Of a DNA stretch of 64,000 nt, positions 16,500 to 25,005 are shown in pieces (the stretch's first letter is position 1; every line of letters starts with the position of its first letter). The notes beneath the pieces were generated by a model. It searched no databases, was not told the origin of the DNA, and saw only the letters and a list, made by a program, of their open reading frames with translations. Origin of the DNA: a virus; IMG/VR virus record IMGVR_UViG_3300003154_000001; one strand, given 5' to 3'. Both the position numbers and the translations under genes were made by a program.

Positions 16500-17656
16500 T
16501 ACTTCATATCCTTTGTAGCTTTATTAATATAATCTGAAATGTAATTATAAACAAATCCATGATACTCTGATTTGCAAAATTGTCTATCTTTGCTTTCTTT
16601 GAGAATTTCTCTGGCTCTAAGTGAAACTTCCTCACAAGGTATATTATAATAATTATTCTTTGTTATCGGATGGGCTTTAAAATGTTCTTTCATAGCAGTA
16701 TCTAATGCCCTAGACACTCTAATTCGCTTCTTATCTATTCTCTTGCTCTCCGTAACATATAGGAAAATTTCTTTAAACTTCAAAGGGTAATTCTTATGTG
16801 TTGCACTATCAAGATACTTGCACCAAATTGTATCTTTAATTTGAGCTTTCCAATTCGTAACAATGTCTGCAAGCTCCTGATTACTTGGTTCTTTGTCAAA
16901 TTTCTCTAAAATCCCCCTTCTATAATTTGTCTTAACATAATGTTCTACTGAATGATAACTCCACTCACGCCCAAATTGAAGTTTAGCTTGCTCGGCATCA
17001 AACACAAATCCTCTTAGCCTATGTAAACCAATTTCAGCAGGGGTCTTAGGGCTAACTTTATCTGTATTATATCTGCTATACCCCCTATCAGTCATAGTAA
17101 ACTTGAACATATCAAAATTAATCTTAACTTCTCTGCCTGTCGGACTACAAAACCGCATATTATCTAATGGAAGGGTACAGCCCTTTATAACAAGCTCTGC
17201 AAGGTTATCCCCTACATTCTGTTTCTTATTTCTACCAATCAAATTATACTTAAGAGTATTCAGCTTAGAAATTTCTTTGGTAATGGCAGTTATTCTAATT
17301 TCAATCTTATCTGTAAATTTTCTTCTTAGTAAATCCTTTGTGTTGTAGTCAAGATAAAGGTAATGAGGATTATAACTTTTATTTACTGTCGCATACTTAG
17401 GAAATGTCTTAAGTAAATTTTCATCGGTTAAAAAACCTTCCTCTTTATATTCGTCGGAATACCTATCGGGCTTCTTTATTCCTTCAATGGCTATCGCTTC
17501 CCATATCTTATAGTTTGAAATTCTATTATTAATGCTATAATAATTATAACGATAATTGCCTGTACCTATCTGTTTCTTACCCTCAAGACAATAAAGCTCA
17601 TGTTTCAAAATATTACACTTTCTATAAATTTCACTCTTAGTTAATCGTTTCTTCAT
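16499..17656 (-). CDS. hypothetical protein (385 aa)
   Basis: Long ORF with no motif I can name. Confidence 0.65.
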   Translation of the reverse strand: MKKRLTKSEIYRKCNILKHELYCLEGKKQIGTGNYRYNYYSINNRISNYKIWEAIAIEGIKKPDRYSDEYKEEGFLTDENLLKTFPKYATVNKSYNPHYLYLDYNTKDLLRRKFTDKIEIRITAITKEISKLNTLKYNLIGRNKKQNVGDNLAELVIKGCTLPLDNMRFCSPTGREVKINFDMFKFTMTDRGYSRYNTDKVSPKTPAEIGLHRLRGFVFDAEQAKLQFGREWSYHSVEHYVKTNYRRGILEKFDKEPSNQELADIVTNWKAQIKDTIWCKYLDSATHKNYPLKFKEIFLYVTESKRIDKKRIRVSRALDTAMKEHFKAHPITKNNYYNIPCEEVSLRAREILKESKDRQFCKSEYHGFVYNYISDYINKATKDMK

Positions 17657-17938
17657 TTACGCATTTCCTTTCGGGTCTGTACCTTTCAAAATAGCTTCAT
17701 ATATTAATTCTTTCATTTCATTATTTTTCTGGTTCATTATTTCCCGTTTCTTATCTAATACTTTAATTATACTGTCGGCTAACTTGTTATACTTTGTTTC
17801 AAACTCAATCTTATCTATCAACTTAGAGTCTATCATAACTCCTAGTATTATGTCAAGAGAAATCTTAAGGTCAAAGAGAAGTTCGGCAATACCTTGTTTA
17901 TCCAAGTCTATATTTGTCAACTTATCCTTTAAATCCAT
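17657..17938 (-). CDS. hypothetical coiled-coil protein
   Basis: 93-aa ORF. Confidence 0.55.
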   Translation of the reverse strand: MDLKDKLTNIDLDKQGIAELLFDLKISLDIILGVMIDSKLIDKIEFETKYNKLADSIIKVLDKKREIMNQKNNEMKELIYEAILKGTDPKGNA

Positions 17939-18221
17939 TAGTATTATCTCCTTTCACTTCATTAAATATCAGGTCGCCATTACCATTGTCATTGTGAGGG
18001 TCATTATTATCTTGCTCTTGTGGTACATTATTTGTTGGCTCATCTTCTACCCTATTAATATAATCTGTATCACTAATCAAATTAAAATGTGTACCGCAAA
18101 TATAAACTATATGACCGTCAACTTTAATAATCCTACTAGCAGGGAATTTACACGCTGAAATTTCACAATTACGATTTTCAAATATCTTATTTATGTTATC
18201 ATATTTTTTTCGTCTTGTCAA
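17922..18221 (-). CDS. hypothetical Cys-containing protein (TTG start)
   Basis: The TTG start overlaps the TGA of the repaired HNH frame (TTGA). AAAGGA lies upstream. There is no in-frame ATG. Confidence 0.5.
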   Translation of the reverse strand: MTRRKKYDNINKIFENRNCEISACKFPASRIIKVDGHIVYICGTHFNLISDTDYINRVEDEPTNNVPQEQDNNDPHNDNGNGDLIFNEVKGDNTNGFKG

Positions 18222-18726
18222 GTTATATTTTTCCTTTCTCTAAATTTAATTAAAAAAGGTTTAATTTCAAGCATTTCAGTTGTAGTTAAATATTTACCTT
18301 TAATTGAATTGCATTTTTGGCAACAAGGCACTACATTATTTGCATTATATCCAAATATCCAAGATTATTATTAACTCTATCAAGTCCTGCTCCCGTTTCA
18401 TTTAATTTTCCTTCACAATAAAAACATACGTTCAAAAGTAATTGTTTATATAATTTGAAAGATAATGTCCATCCAATTTTTCTTGCTTTTGCCTGTTTCT
18501 TTCCACTTAAAAATCTACCTCTTAGGCTTCTCGCCCACTTACGAGCCAGACTACGCAAATATTTTTTATTAACTTTTCGATATAATCTTATTTTATTAAT
18601 ATTCGCCTTACGATATACCTCATCACACTTTTTACAATATGACCTTAACTTATCTTTGTTACATTTATCTCTTGAAAATAAAGTAATATTCCTTCGCTTA
18701 TTACATTTTAAACATCTTTTAAACAT
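18218..18726 (-). pseudogene. HNH endonuclease disrupted by an 8-bp tandem duplication
   Basis: - Frame 1 ends ...CFYCEGKL...GLDRVNNNLGYLDIMQIM*.
- The -1 frame continues NANNVVPCCQKCNSIKGKY... to the TGA at 18218-18220.
- Removing one copy of TTGGATAT restores ...NNNLGYNANNVVPCCQKCN. Confidence 0.7.
18347..18362. repeat. 8-bp tandem duplication ATATCCAA x2 (TTGGATAT on the coding strand)
   Basis: Exact copies at 18347-18354 and 18355-18362, at the point where the HNH reading frame breaks. Confidence 0.9.
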
Positions 18727-18728
18727 AA

Positions 18729-18881
18729 TTATTTTATATATTTTAATTTCTTGCCTTGTATTAAAGCAATATTTTTTAATAATTCTGGTGTGAGTATTTT
18801 TTTCTCCTTATCCTTTTCTTTTTCAACTCTTTCAACTCTCTTATCCATTTTTATTATTTCCTTTTCCTCACTCGTAGTCAT
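18729..18881 (-). CDS. 50-aa hypothetical charged microprotein
   Basis: MTTSEEKEIIKMDKRVERVEKEK... The ATG overlaps the upstream TGA (ATGA). Confidence 0.4.
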   Translation of the reverse strand: MTTSEEKEIIKMDKRVERVEKEKDKEKKILTPELLKNIALIQGKKLKYIK

Positions 18882-19126
18882 AGTGACAACTCCTTGATTT
18901 CTTTACATTTTCTATCCTTCTTAGTGGCAAGTTTAATAATCTTATTAACCTTAATAATTTCTTCCCCTGAATAATTCAAATGCTCCCTCCACTCTTTCGG
19001 CAATACTTTGGCACGACTTTTGCATACTTCTTTTTGTAGCCAACTATAAATTTGTACCACTTCATCCCAAGTATGCCCTCTCGCTAGATACTTATTAATC
19101 AACGTGGCTCTTTCTTTTTCCGTCAT
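18878..19126 (-). CDS. hypothetical protein
   Basis: 82-aa ORF. Confidence 0.55.
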   Translation of the reverse strand: MTEKERATLINKYLARGHTWDEVVQIYSWLQKEVCKSRAKVLPKEWREHLNYSGEEIIKVNKIIKLATKKDRKCKEIKELSL

Positions 19127-19131
19127 AATAA

Positions 19132-19473
19132 CTACTTCCTTTCTACATTACAAATTACATTATTACATTTTGGACAGGATTTAAGATTAATACTTTCACC
19201 TACTTGTCTAATATATGCGTGATTACAACTATCACAAATGAATACAATTTCTTTTATTTCTTGCTCGGCTCTTAAGACTAATATCTCATCTAAGTTATAG
19301 AAATCTTGAGGATTTTCCACTAATATTTGCTCAAGTTTCTTTTGCTCTTTTACTCCGTAGTGTTTAGGCTTTATAACGCTACCGCACATCTTGCATTGTA
19401 AGCCCTTAAATCCTTTGATTATTTTGGAGCTTCCGCACACTAAACATTTAACTTGAGGGTCTAAACCTTTCAT
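19132..19473 (-). CDS. double zinc-ribbon protein
   Basis: CLVCGS...CKMCG at the N-terminus and CDSC...CPKC at the C-terminus. Confidence 0.6.
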   Translation of the reverse strand: MKGLDPQVKCLVCGSSKIIKGFKGLQCKMCGSVIKPKHYGVKEQKKLEQILVENPQDFYNLDEILVLRAEQEIKEIVFICDSCNHAYIRQVGESINLKSCPKCNNVICNVERK

Positions 19474-19676
19474 TCTTTTATCTCCTTTAATGGATAGAAT
19501 AAATCATATCCGTTATCATCTTCATAATGGTTTATATCTTCTGCTGTATAACCGCCCATTTTGTATCTATAATACTTAAACTCTTTTCCTGTCCACAAAG
19601 CAATATTAGTATTTCTACACCTACCGAAATAATATGTACCTTTTACTAAATCCTTTTTGGCAATAGGTGTCGGCAT
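19470..19676 (-). CDS. hypothetical protein
   Basis: 68-aa ORF. Confidence 0.55.
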   Translation of the reverse strand: MPTPIAKKDLVKGTYYFGRCRNTNIALWTGKEFKYYRYKMGGYTAEDINHYEDDNGYDLFYPLKEIKE

Positions 19677-19678
19677 AA

Positions 19679-19822
19679 TTAAAATCTTCCCATCACTATT
19701 GACTTGACAAGCTCATTAATTACTGTCGAAAACTTGTAAAAACCATAAATGCACCCTGATAATACTAGAATAATTATAGGAAATGCTAAATAACTATCAA
19801 AATTAAGTTTAGGTTTATTCAT
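19679..19822 (-). CDS. 47-aa membrane microprotein
   Basis: MNKPKLNFDSYLAFPIIILVLSGCIYGFY... The ATG directly follows the upstream stop. Confidence 0.4.
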   Translation of the reverse strand: MNKPKLNFDSYLAFPIIILVLSGCIYGFYKFSTVINELVKSIVMGRF

Positions 19823-20101
19823 TTATTCATCCTTTCCAAATATATCTGCCAATGTTGACACTTGTACCATTACGGGCTTTGCTTTAGGAGTATTTTTATA
19901 TGCTTCTTTTGCTTTTTGTTCTGCCTTTTCTATCTCTTTAAGGTTCTTTTTGCCTTCAAGTAATTCTAAACTCTCTGTTACTAATTCCAAACATTCAGCC
20001 CAATTTTCAGCTTCCTCATTTCCGTTTCCCATTTCTTTTAGGTTCTTATTCTTTGCATACTTCAAATTGTCTATTACTCTTTTAATAACTTTCTTATCCA
20101 T
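19823..20101 (-). CDS. hypothetical protein
   Basis: 92-aa charged ORF. Confidence 0.55.
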   Translation of the reverse strand: MDKKVIKRVIDNLKYAKNKNLKEMGNGNEEAENWAECLELVTESLELLEGKKNLKEIEKAEQKAKEAYKNTPKAKPVMVQVSTLADIFGKDE

Positions 20102-20113
20102 TTTGTTATCTCC

Positions 20114-20512
20114 TTATAGCTTCGCAGGTAAATGTAAAAAGTAACCTATTTTCTTTATATTTTCATCTGTCCAATCAAAGCTCAATGTCCACTCTCCGTC
20201 ACAACTTTGCTCAACCTTGCACCCGTATTTATCTTTTAATACAGTCTTAATGCCCCTATTATCTGTATATATTCCAAGTCTTTTTTCCCCAAAGATATAT
20301 ACATGCGTGTTAATCTTTTGATACTCCTTTTTCTCTTTACTCCATTCTCTTGCTTGAATTTCTATATACCATAGCCCGTCTGTATCTTTTTCCTCTTGCC
20401 CTATGCAATTCCATTCAGGAGAATATTGCGTAACAAAGAATTTATTTTTTCTTAAATCTTGCATTGATTTTCTATCTCCTTTTAGATTAACATTTCCAAA
20501 GTTATTTGTCAA
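20114..20512 (-). CDS. hypothetical protein
   Basis: 132-aa ORF. Confidence 0.6.
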   Translation of the reverse strand: MTNNFGNVNLKGDRKSMQDLRKNKFFVTQYSPEWNCIGQEEKDTDGLWYIEIQAREWSKEKKEYQKINTHVYIFGEKRLGIYTDNRGIKTVLKDKYGCKVEQSCDGEWTLSFDWTDENIKKIGYFLHLPAKL

Positions 20513-20521
20513 GGATTATTT

Positions 20522-20863
20522 TCAGTCAATATCATCTTTTTCTGTATCATCTTCCTCTATTGTTTCAATATACCTTCCATGCCCGTCATAAACATTTTGA
20601 CAAGTACAATCTTGACAATCGCAATATTCGCTATCTGTTTCAGGTGTAGGCTCAACAACTATATCCCCGTCAAAAGTAAAATCTTCTCTATCACTTGTTA
20701 CATAATGAGGACAAAGTTTATTAGCCTTTTCAATATCAGCTTCGAGTATCAATTCACTTTCCCAAACTTCATTATCAAAATTACATAGAGGGCATTCACA
20801 ATTGTAAACCTTAATCTTAAGCTCATCTTCCAAATAACCTTTTTCTTTTGTGTAATTTGCCAT
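20522..20863 (-). CDS. acidic Cys-rich protein
   Basis: CECPLC...CPHY...CDCQDCTC with a strongly acidic tail. Confidence 0.6.
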   Translation of the reverse strand: MANYTKEKGYLEDELKIKVYNCECPLCNFDNEVWESELILEADIEKANKLCPHYVTSDREDFTFDGDIVVEPTPETDSEYCDCQDCTCQNVYDGHGRYIETIEEDDTEKDDID

Positions 20864-20902
20864 TTAAAAATCTCCTTTTATTAAAGTTAAAAATTATTAT
20901 CA

Positions 20903-20956
20903 ATTAATTACTACCCACTTATTAAAGTATGTTTTTTCTAATTCTTCTTGTGTCAT
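20903..20956 (-). pseudogene. 17-codon remnant of a paralogue of ORF 11640..12002
   Basis: MTQEELEKTYFNKWVVIN* compares with MTQEELDNTYLNKWVIIS... at 12002. The ATG overlaps the upstream TGA. Confidence 0.45.
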
Positions 20957-21234
20957 TTTTTCCTTTTAAAGAAACTATCAATTTCCCTATTCAATGTTTT
21001 CTTATCAGTAATTTCATTAAAATATAAAGTAAATAATAATTCAGGTTCTCCTAAAATCTTACTTATAAGCCCTTCGGGTACATTGAAATTATATAAATAA
21101 TATTGAGTATCTATTATAAATGTATTCCAATCTACTATTGGAGGGTAATATGGACTAATTAATATTGGCACTAATCCATCATAGAGTAATAGAAACTCTA
21201 ATAAATCATTATATTTGCTTTCTCTTTCAGTCAT
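20953..21234 (-). CDS. hypothetical protein
   Basis: 93-aa ORF. Confidence 0.55.
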   Translation of the reverse strand: MTERESKYNDLLEFLLLYDGLVPILISPYYPPIVDWNTFIIDTQYYLYNFNVPEGLISKILGEPELLFTLYFNEITDKKTLNREIDSFFKRKK

Positions 21235-21254
21235 CGGTATTTCCTTTCGGGTTG

Positions 21255-21470
21255 TTATAACTTATCTTCAATTAACTTTTTACAATTGTAGCAAATTAAT
21301 TCCCCTTCATCTGTTTTGATTGCATCTTTATATTGCTCAAAATTTTGACATTGAGGGCAATAAAAATAACTTTCACATAAAGCCTTGTCGAGCTGATTAA
21401 CCTTATTCTCTAATGATTTAATCCTTTGGTTTAAACCATTGATTAAGTTTTTTGTATCACTACATTTCAT
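21255..21470 (-). CDS. coiled-coil plus zinc-ribbon protein
   Basis: CPQC...CYNC. Confidence 0.55.
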   Translation of the reverse strand: MKCSDTKNLINGLNQRIKSLENKVNQLDKALCESYFYCPQCQNFEQYKDAIKTDEGELICYNCKKLIEDKL

Positions 21471-21487
21471 ATTTTACCCTTTCTTTT

Positions 21488-21516
21488 AGATTATCAAATT
21501 TGAATTAGCTTGTCAA
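21488..21516 (-). promoter_or_regulatory. sigma70-type promoter (leftward): TTGACA-N17-TAATCT with TGn
   Basis: Minus strand reads TTGACAagctaattcaaattTGaTAATCT. The -10 element ends about 18 nt upstream of the ATG at 21470. Confidence 0.55.
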
Positions 21517-21797
21517 GCATTATTTTTTAATTCTTTCCGTCTTTGTTTAAGATAACTAACTGCATCTATCTTTTTTAAAGTCAATAACCAGTTAATTAAG
21601 TTTGTAATTTTGCTTAACTCATAATCTTTTGCCTCACTATCCCATTGTTTTGCTAATTGAAAAGCCTCTTTTGTTACTCCATTAGTGGTTCGACAACAAT
21701 AATTGCAACAATGGCATGGTTGAGTAGTATTAGCCCATGTATTAAGAATATTTTTTATAACCAATTTTCTACCGCAATAATCGCATACATTTGACAT
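21513..21797 (-). CDS. zinc-finger protein with a basic C-tail motif
   Basis: CDYCGR...CHCCNYCC at the N-terminus. Ends DAVSYLKQRRKELKNNA. Confidence 0.6.
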   Translation of the reverse strand: MSNVCDYCGRKLVIKNILNTWANTTQPCHCCNYCCRTTNGVTKEAFQLAKQWDSEAKDYELSKITNLINWLLTLKKIDAVSYLKQRRKELKNNA

Positions 21798-21801
21798 TTT
21801 A

Positions 21802-22122
21802 CTATCCCTTCATTAATCCGTCAATATAACTATTCGCCTTTGTTAATATGTAGTGTAACCTAATAATACTATTCAATTTAAGGTTAGTGTTAGGTTTATT
21901 CACTTCGCATGTTACTCTACAAAGATTGACAATTTCAAGCTGATTATTAACATCTTTAAACAGCTTTTTAAGGTATATAAGGCTCTCTTTTGTTACCCAA
22001 TTGAGCTTTTCAGTCAATTCATACGCCCATATATCGCAATCATTACAAATAGTTTCACCTGTATTTTGGCTCGACAATATCTTTTTACCGCATACTTGGC
22101 AATTTTTAAACTCTTTTTGCAT
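21802..22122 (-). CDS. zinc-finger protein
   Basis: CQVCGK...CNDC. Confidence 0.6.
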   Translation of the reverse strand: MQKEFKNCQVCGKKILSSQNTGETICNDCDIWAYELTEKLNWVTKESLIYLKKLFKDVNNQLEIVNLCRVTCEVNKPNTNLKLNSIIRLHYILTKANSYIDGLMKG

Positions 22123-22171
22123 ATTAATTCCTTTCTTTTAAACTTGGCATACTTTTTGCTGTATTAAAGCT

Positions 22172-22194
22172 AAAGCATTAATCAGTAATGCTTT
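22172..22194. repeat. 9-bp perfect inverted repeat AAAGCATTA-N5-TAATGCTTT
   Basis: Arms at 22172-22180 and 22186-22194. It sits in a 320-bp non-coding stretch that also has TTAATACT x3 and AGCATTA x4. Confidence 0.7.
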
Positions 22195-22441
22195 ACTACA
22201 TACTATTATATTAATACTCTTTATATAAGCATTATATATAGCATTACTTAATACTGTATTTAATCCTATATAGTATTACTGATTTAATACTCTTTAATCC
22301 TTTGTTAAAATTTAATCCCCTTTAATTCACTTAAAAACCGCTTGCCACGCTATTTAAATTTAACTAAGCATACCATACCACTATTTGAAGTCAAAACGTG
22401 CTACAAGTTAAAATTGACCGTTTAAACACTATGCTTAAAAA

Positions 22442-22714
22442 TTACTCAATATAATAATGTTTAATACTGAAATTATGTACATATTGATTATTAAGCATTG
22501 TTAATATAGTTTGATTAACATTAAATCTACTATTTAACATATTAGTTTGTTTATTCCACTTAATTATAAAATTGACCGTGCTATAATAATCATTCCAATT
22601 AATAGTAATTTCAAGTATATCTTTACACCTTTGTCTTATTAATTCACTTTCCTTAGTAAAATAACTTTGTTTTTGTCTTAAACTTTGCTCTGTTATAAAT
22701 TTATAACTATACAT
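22442..22714 (-). CDS. hypothetical protein
   Basis: 90-aa N/K/I-rich ORF. Confidence 0.5.
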   Translation of the reverse strand: MYSYKFITEQSLRQKQSYFTKESELIRQRCKDILEITINWNDYYSTVNFIIKWNKQTNMLNSRFNVNQTILTMLNNQYVHNFSIKHYYIE

Positions 22715-22725
22715 TAATTAATCCT

Positions 22726-23310
22726 TTATAGTTTAACTGTTAACTTTTTTGTACCGTGATATATTAATCCAATGCGCTTTATTCCACTTATAGCTATTAA
22801 ATCACTTTGGGTGCAATCAATATAATCAGCTCGTAGTAAATCCTTTTTACTTTCAAATATCCGTGCTACTGGTTTATTATAATCAATTTGATTATCCAAT
22901 TGACCGCCTAATGATTGAATAATAATGAAGTTATAAGGTTTACCAGTAAAGTCAAGGTGTAAACTTTTTGTATAAGCATAAAAGGTTATATTAGGATTAT
23001 TTATAGCAATAACTTTCCACTTGTCAAAATACTCTTGATTATAAAAATCCCCGCTATCATGCACCCTAACATATTTATATGTAGTAGTCTTAAGATAACT
23101 ATTGACTTCACTTATGAAAGTATCTTTTAAACTTTCAGTATAGTTATTTTGCCTTGCCTGTTTAACCACTTTGAAGGTATAGCACCCTTGCATGGCATAA
23201 CAAAGTGATTTACACCTATCAGCTTTGGGGCAAGTTATTATTGAAGGTAAACCAAAAGATAAAATCCTATCTTTTTTTAACTTTGAATTATTTTTAGAAA
23301 ATTTAATCAT
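22726..23310 (-). CDS. GP88-like phage protein
   Basis: The N-terminal pattern NSKLKKD.ILSFGLPSIITCP.A..C...CYA fits my recollection of the GP88 family. Confidence 0.55.
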   Translation of the reverse strand: MIKFSKNNSKLKKDRILSFGLPSIITCPKADRCKSLCYAMQGCYTFKVVKQARQNNYTESLKDTFISEVNSYLKTTTYKYVRVHDSGDFYNQEYFDKWKVIAINNPNITFYAYTKSLHLDFTGKPYNFIIIQSLGGQLDNQIDYNKPVARIFESKKDLLRADYIDCTQSDLIAISGIKRIGLIYHGTKKLTVKL

Positions 23311-23313
23311 TAG

Positions 23314-23523
23314 TTAATCCCCTTTTTTGAAATATACTTTATTTTTATATCCGATAAAATAATGATTGCATGTATTAATTAAAGTTAATGTATTATTAAA
23401 ACCTTCAATCTTATGTTTACAATACGGGCAAAAAGTTATCCAATAGTTAAACTTCAATTCAATCTTTTTACTAATACAGCTTTTTAATATTTTGTTTAAA
23501 TCAATTTTCATATTTGACTTCAA
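23314..23523 (-). CDS. zinc-finger hypothetical protein (start uncertain: TTG 23523 or ATG 23511)
   Basis: CPYCKH...CNH. Neither candidate start has a clear SD. Confidence 0.5.
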   Translation of the reverse strand: MKSNMKIDLNKILKSCISKKIELKFNYWITFCPYCKHKIEGFNNTLTLINTCNHYFIGYKNKVYFKKGD

Positions 23524-23740
23524 TACTTAAATCATATATTTCAAATAAATAAAGTAAATCCCTGTTAATAGCTACTTGATTATAATCCCCTTTAAGTAAA
23601 TACTTTAAAGTTAATGTATCACTTGTTAATGTAGCTTTAAAGTGATAATGATTGCATAGTTCAATTAAATCTTTTATAAAGCTGTTATGATACTCAATAG
23701 GTTTATTCATAACATATTTTGCATACTCTTTTTTATTCAT
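23501..23740 (-). CDS. hypothetical protein
   Basis: 79-aa ORF. AAAAGGGGAATAA lies before the ATG. Confidence 0.55.
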   Translation of the reverse strand: MNKKEYAKYVMNKPIEYHNSFIKDLIELCNHYHFKATLTSDTLTLKYLLKGDYNQVAINRDLLYLFEIYDLSIEVKYEN

Positions 23741-23908
23741 TTATTCCCCTTTTAAATAGTTTATAAATTTAATATAGACTAATGCCAAGTCATTATATCT
23801 TTTATGCTTAGGATTATTTAAATCTAATTCTATAAAATTACTATTCTTAAATAATTCTTTTTTTAAATTTGAAAATTCAATTAAATTTTTCATTAATTCA
23901 CTTTTCAT
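23741..23908 (-). CDS. 55-aa hypothetical microprotein
   Basis: MKSELMKNLIEF... lies behind TAAAGGGGATTAAAAAA and downstream of the promoter at 23932-23960. Confidence 0.4.
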   Translation of the reverse strand: MKSELMKNLIEFSNLKKELFKNSNFIELDLNNPKHKRYNDLALVYIKFINYLKGE

Positions 23909-23931
23909 TTTTTTAATCCCCTTTAATAATC

Positions 23932-23960
23932 AGATTAAAGTAATTCAATTGACTTGTCAA
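23932..23960 (-). promoter_or_regulatory. sigma70-type promoter (leftward): TTGACA-N17-TAATCT
   Basis: Minus strand reads TTGACAagtcaattgaattacttTAATCT. Confidence 0.55.
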
Positions 23961-23969
23961 GTAAAATCT

Positions 23970-24275
23970 TTAGTCTATAAATTCCCCTGTAAATTCAAGT
24001 GATTTATTAAGTATTAGATATTCCCCTTTGCTATTCAAGGGCGTAACATAGCTATAACCTTTTTTTGGTTTACCTAATATTGATTTAACCTTTATTACTT
24101 GACTATTAACAGGCAAGTTATTACAGGGCGCTATTAAATCCAAGTCATTAGGTATATATTTATAAACCTTTTTACGCCCTTTATTAAGCATAGTCAAGCA
24201 AGCATTACATTTTTCATATTCATTTATATTAGATAGCTTGCTACATATTTCAGTATCATTAATTGATATATTCAT
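23970..24275 (-). CDS. hypothetical protein
   Basis: 101-aa ORF. Leader TTAACAGGGGATTTAAAA precedes the ATG. Confidence 0.55.
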   Translation of the reverse strand: MNISINDTEICSKLSNINEYEKCNACLTMLNKGRKKVYKYIPNDLDLIAPCNNLPVNSQVIKVKSILGKPKKGYSYVTPLNSKGEYLILNKSLEFTGEFID

Positions 24276-24306
24276 TTTTAAATCCCCTGTTAAATTGTTA
24301 ATAAAA

Positions 24307-24753
24307 TCACTTATTTAAAAACTTATTCCAATTTAATTTACTCAAAGTAAACCTTAACTTTTCAATCCAATTTTCGCTTGACAAGTCAATAATAAATTTT
24401 CCTAAGTGATAATCACTTGTTAAAGTAAAATCATTAATGACAAGGCAAGGTTTAAATTCGCTATTCGCTTGAGTATCTAAACCACTTTCAAAGGTTATCC
24501 AAAAGTCATTAGTAATGCGAATTTGAGATTTACTGCTATCATTTTGAAAGGATATGCTTGAATATTCCAAAAAATACTTTATTTCATTCATAGCAAGCAA
24601 ATTGAGTAAATCAATTGTTTCAAAATAATCTTTTGTAGCAATATGATATAACTTACTTAATTTATTATCATTTTTTCGCTTAATTTTACAATACTTGTTT
24701 AAATTATATTTTGTTTTTTTAGCTAAGTCATTAATAGAATTAGTGAAATACAT
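24307..24753 (-). CDS. hypothetical protein
   Basis: 148-aa ORF. Leader TTAACAAAGGGGAATAACA precedes the ATG. Confidence 0.6.
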   Translation of the reverse strand: MYFTNSINDLAKKTKYNLNKYCKIKRKNDNKLSKLYHIATKDYFETIDLLNLLAMNEIKYFLEYSSISFQNDSSKSQIRITNDFWITFESGLDTQANSEFKPCLVINDFTLTSDYHLGKFIIDLSSENWIEKLRFTLSKLNWNKFLNK

Positions 24754-24778
24754 TGTTATTCCCCTTTGTTAAGGTTAA

Positions 24779-24967
24779 TTATTCAATTTCAATCTGATAA
24801 TCAGGCAATTCTTTTGATACTATATCAATAAAACCTATATCAATTGAATTATCAACACAAAATATTATCTTTTTACCTTCAATTAATACGTCAAATATTT
24901 TACCGTGATATTTTGAAGTCAAGCAATATATTTTGTCAATTAACTTGTCATTAAAGCTGTTTACCAT
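24779..24967 (-). CDS. hypothetical protein
   Basis: 62-aa ORF. Leader TTAACAAAGGGGATAAC precedes the ATG. Confidence 0.5.
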   Translation of the reverse strand: MVNSFNDKLIDKIYCLTSKYHGKIFDVLIEGKKIIFCVDNSIDIGFIDIVSKELPDYQIEIE

Positions 24968-25005
24968 GTTATCCCCTTTGTTAAATTGTTACTCTTTTAA
25001 TATTT

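Noticed and set aside
18192-18221. TTGACA-N14-TGATAACAT, which looks like another leftward promoter.
   Set aside because: The TTG is the only plausible start codon of ORF 17922..18221. It overlaps the TGA of the repaired HNH frame (TTGA coupling). A promoter here would leave that ORF without any start, so I kept it as a coding start. A dual role cannot be excluded.
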